NCBI GenBank assembly: GCA_963924565.1
Contig: OZ004613.1
Span: forward strand, 18,104,001-18,168,000
Length of the DNA stretch: 64,000 nt
Reading direction: 5' to 3'
Origin: Ascidiella aspersa
Lineage: Eukaryota
Shown: piece after piece, positions 60,093 through 64,000 of the stretch
Position numbering within the stretch: the first letter of the stretch is position 1
Layout: every line of letters starts with the position of its first letter
Translations under genes and position numbers: made by a program
Notes under the pieces: generated by a model
What the model saw: only the letters and a program-made list of their open reading frames with translations
The model's database searches: none
Told to the model about the DNA's origin: nothing

Positions 60093-60509
60093 TGAGTTAA
60101 TAAAAGCTGAAGCACTGTGAAGCAGCTATTTAACTTTGCCTTAATGGTGAGATGTCTGGTACAAATGTCTCGCTTGGGAGGTAAAACAGGCCTTAGATTA
60201 CTCTCTCTCTCCCATAAAGCAGTAACATAGGCTTAGTAGCGCATTGATAAGTAAGTTTTATCCTAAAAAAGTTATCAGTTGAAGGCTATTTTGCAGAATA
60301 GACAACTTAGGCCTACTTGAGCTGAAGAATTATGTCAAATGAAGAATTATGTCAAATATCTCATCACCGACGATCAGTAGGCTCAAATTTAACATGCTTT
60401 TTAAAAGTCAGGATATCAATAGTGTAGGCCTTTAGTTATGACTTTATTGTTGTATGCTTTAACGTTTTCAGAAATTTAAATTCACAGGTGTTTTAACTAC
60501 ATGTTATAA

Positions 60510-61914
60510 AAAATGAGAGGTACAGCTAGACGGAGAAAGTGTCGTAATGACCCAGATGTGTCCCACGAGAGCTTATAAAGCGTACTTTTGGCATCACATG
60601 TTCTGCAAGTATTTCACTGAAACTTTGCGCTTATGGACTCAAGGTAAAGTCAAATCATTCGATTTCGAATCCCTATGGTTTGGCGCGAGCCTAAGAATCA
60701 CCATGATGATTGTTATTTTTGCATGAATGACATGTCAGGTTGGAACCGAAACAAGAAGAAGTCATGCCACTACCCCAACATTGACTCTGCTTTACGGCCG
60801 AGTTACACTCCTCTGAAATTCCTGTTCCCGTTTTTACGTCCCTGTCAGATCTGGTTTCGGATGAAGCTGCGATGTTGGATGTAATGGAAGACGAAGATGG
60901 CCATAGTAGCAGCTGTAGCAACTGCAATGACACCGAATCCTCAACATCTTCACAAATGCAAAGTAAACCAAAGCCTTTTACTCAAGATCAGCTAAACAAC
61001 CTAGTTCGTAATTTAGGTTTATCTAAAGAAGAAGTCCTGTCTTCTCGCCTCCGTAACATTCTTGATTCGGCAACAAACATAACGTTTGACCGGGTCAGAG
61101 AAGAAACGTTAATGCAATTTTTATCCTAAGAAGATTTTTCTGTGCTATTATAACATTGAAGGACTTCGTTTATCTATGGGTCTACTTGAATATAAACCAG
61201 AAGGTTATTCATTGATAGCTCCTCAAAGAAGTTTGAAATGTGTGCTACTTCAAAACGGAAATAAGTTTGCCTGTGTTCCAATTGGCCACTTAATCCTTTT
61301 AAAGGAACACTACCAAAGTGTAAAGACGTTCCTGAAAAAACTTTCTTATAGTGAGCATAACTGGATGATATGCGTTGATCTGAAAATGGTTAACTTTATC
61401 ACAGGACATCAGGGCGGCTACACCAAGTATCCGTGCTTTATTTGTTACTGGGATAGTCGGGTCACTGATCAACACTGGATTGAAAAGGAATGGCCTATAT
61501 ATGTGAATAGCTTGTGCATGCAGATATGTTTGTATCGACTGTTTTTTTTTTAAATTGTTGTCTTTCTTGTGTAGGCTTAGGCATACATGGTGGTATAAGA
61601 AGATTAGTCTCAAAAATTGCAAAATGTTAGAAGAGCCTGATAAAAATACGAATAAATTGGGAGTTTTTGTGTTGAATATGTGAAAAAAAAAATAGATTTA
61701 TGTAGCACTTCATTTAGCTAATCACATTGTGTCTTTATCTTTTGCTCATTCTTGTGGTCCCCCCCATTTAAAGGTACGAAAATACCTAAATTCAGTCATA
61801 TTTTAAAAACTAGAGCCAATTTGCAAAAACTAATGGTATTTTTAAGTCCATCACCCCTGATATACTCTAAAATCGGTCTTACCTTACATGCCAATTTTTT
61901 TTTGTTGGTCAGTG
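60510..61914 (+). mobile_element. Decayed Chapaev-3-like (CMC) transposon, N-terminal/central transposase plus right end
   Basis: MVWREPKNHHDDCYFC; SLKCVLLQNGN..VPIGH; WMICVDLKMV..GHQGGYTKYPCFICYWDSR; terminus TTGTTGGTCAGTG. Confidence 0.82.
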
Positions 61915-62921
61915 TAATAAATTAGCCAGAATTGGCCAACTTTATCATAAAGTGTGATAAATTAATGTTTAAATTTACCTTTGTCTGTTATATTGTTTAA
62001 ATCAGGGGTGGGCAACCTTTTTAAGACAATCAAGGCCCAGTTTGGAAATGTAATACTTACAGGAGGGCCGCACATCAAATAAACACTAATTCATATTTTC
62101 AGCTTTTACTAGAAAAAGCGGGCCGCACGTTGCCAACTCGTAGTCTAAATGTATTACTATTTGACTAAAGACCTTGTGTATTTAAAAACACTTTTAAAAA
62201 TTGCAACTGTGTTTAAATATTAAAGAAACCAAAAACACTACACTTAAAACACATAAGCTCAGCACCTTTATTCACCAACAAGTTACCAATGCTTGATACA
62301 GAATACATCAATTTAATTCTGATTTAAAGTTGCATAGTAATGAGCGGGTTGCTCATTCGTCAATAAAATAGACACGAATTTACGAAAAATCAAACAGCAA
62401 ACCAGACATACGAAAAAATATTTTTTAGACCACAAACGACGGAGTTCGACAGATGCAACCAGCGAGCCCTTGAAAGATGCTTGAAAGAAATTTAAAAGCT
62501 TAAGCGCAGTTACCGGGTGAAAATAAGTTTGTTTTTTAAATAGAACAATACTTAAGCTTAGTTAAGCAAGTGATAGTCCAAACCTAAAGTGGTAAAGTCT
62601 CTAGGGAAAGCAAATATTAGAGTACTTTGGATCTCTACCTTAAAGACTTAAAGAAAAAAGGACTGTCAAAATGAGGATATAAACTACCTTTGTTGGCATT
62701 TAACCTCACAAAAGCATTAGAGCAGAAAGAGATCAGGGTCGAGCTATACTTTCATGGTATGTATCTTTTTCATATCTATGATAAATAAAATATTTCAGCG
62801 ACAAACATTTTTTCAGTTGCTGAGAATTTTTATGTTTTAGCACGTCCAGAGAATAAGTCTCGAAAAATTTGCCAGGCAAAAAATAAGGTTGATTCGTCTT
62901 CTAATTCAGCTGCGTTACAAC

Positions 62922-63937
62922 CAGGGTTGCCATACCGTCTTTATTTATAAGATTTGTCCTTATTTTGAAGGGACAGATTTTAGAAAACTTAAATGTCCTT
63001 ATTTATAAGAAATGTCCTTATTTTCGACTTTCGGGCTTATTTTGTCTTATTTTTAACCTTGTCACTTTTTTATATCGAACGCTCTGCTTTAACGCAGTAA
63101 ACTTCACGCCACTTTTGGGGCATTGTGACGTAATACGGACAGTTAGTCGTAAACAACCACAACAAGTTGACACATAGGAAAGAATGTTAAATACCAGCGT
63201 TAGATACTAATTTGTGACAGTTGTTAATGGGGAAATGAGTGCAAGGCGGTGTAATCGACACTTAGATTAAGCAGTAAAGCTATAAATGATAAATAAATTT
63301 ATCTGAATTACATTGCACGTATAGTTTTAGCTTCTGATAAGGCTAAATCTGTAAATCTAATAAGTTAAAATGAGCAAGCGTAAAAACGTTTTTCGTGACG
63401 ATTATGAGAGGGAATTCAAAGGTATCAAATGAAGCTTGAAGGGCGAGTATTTCGCACACTGCAATATCTGCAAATGCGACATTAATCTGGATGCCCTTGG
63501 AAAGAACGCTATTTCACATCACATTGATACCCCAAAACACAAGAAGTGTGTCATGATGATTAATTCAAACCAGTCGATGAATAATTTTTTCACAAGTCGA
63601 TCAGCGCCAATGACCACAGACTACAAGGCAGCTGCTGCTGAGGGTACCTGGGCATTCCATACTGTCAAACACCAGCAATCATTCCTCACCAACGATTGCA
63701 CATCGCTATTGTTCAAAGCAATATTCCCCGATTCCAACATCGCAAAAAAGTTTGCTTCCGCCAGGACCAAGACTACAAGCATCGTTACTGGAGTGTTTGC
63801 TCCATTTGCTCAAAAAATGATTTTGTCTGAACTTGGTGTACAGCCCTTCTCCATCTCGGTTGATGCCTCTAATCACAACGAAGTGAAACTATTTCCTCTA
63901 GACATCAGATTCTTCAACGCCAAAGTTGGAGTACGAG
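62922..63937 (+). mobile_element. hAT (Blackjack-like) transposon, left end and transposase N-terminus from 63370, interrupted near 63938 by another insertion
   Basis: TIR CAGGGTTGCCA; MSKRK..AHCNICKCDI..HIDTPKH..AEGTWAFHTVKHQQSF..DC..IFPDS..RTKTTSI..FSISVDASN with one in-frame TGA at 63430-63432. Confidence 0.82.
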
Positions 63938-64000
63938 CAGGGGCGCCCGCAGAAAATTTTCCAGGGGGGGTCAAACAGGGGCGTAACCAGAAAATCAAAA

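Overview
AT-rich, transposon-dense eukaryotic genomic DNA, most likely an invertebrate animal (taxon not determinable from the sequence). The only host gene I can support is a + strand, multi-exon M13-family (neprilysin/endothelin-converting-enzyme-like) type II membrane metallopeptidase. I traced 14 phase-consistent GT-AG exons (1-52200, about 540 codons, no stops), from the transmembrane anchor to just before the zinc-binding HExxH exon, which I could not find in the window. Its VNAFY substrate-binding motif reads VVSVY. The introns are either 62-80 nt or expanded to 0.5-9.7 kb by TEs. These include an antisense BEL/Pao LTR retrotransposon with both LTRs and a TAGAC TSD, four Penelope-like retroelement (PLE) remnants each carrying a hammerhead-ribozyme motif, decayed hAT, Chapaev-3-like and TTAA-targeting (Kolobok-like) DNA transposons, a Helitron 3' end and many nested MITEs. 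The most notable signals are: a compact PLE with two inverted copies of an intact-core hammerhead inside an intron; the degenerate M13 active-site motif; a strongly over-represented TAGGCCTA motif family that looks like transposon excision footprints; and an unexplained ~500-bp tandem-repeat family present in two distant arrays. No prokaryotic-type system (CRISPR etc.) is supported.
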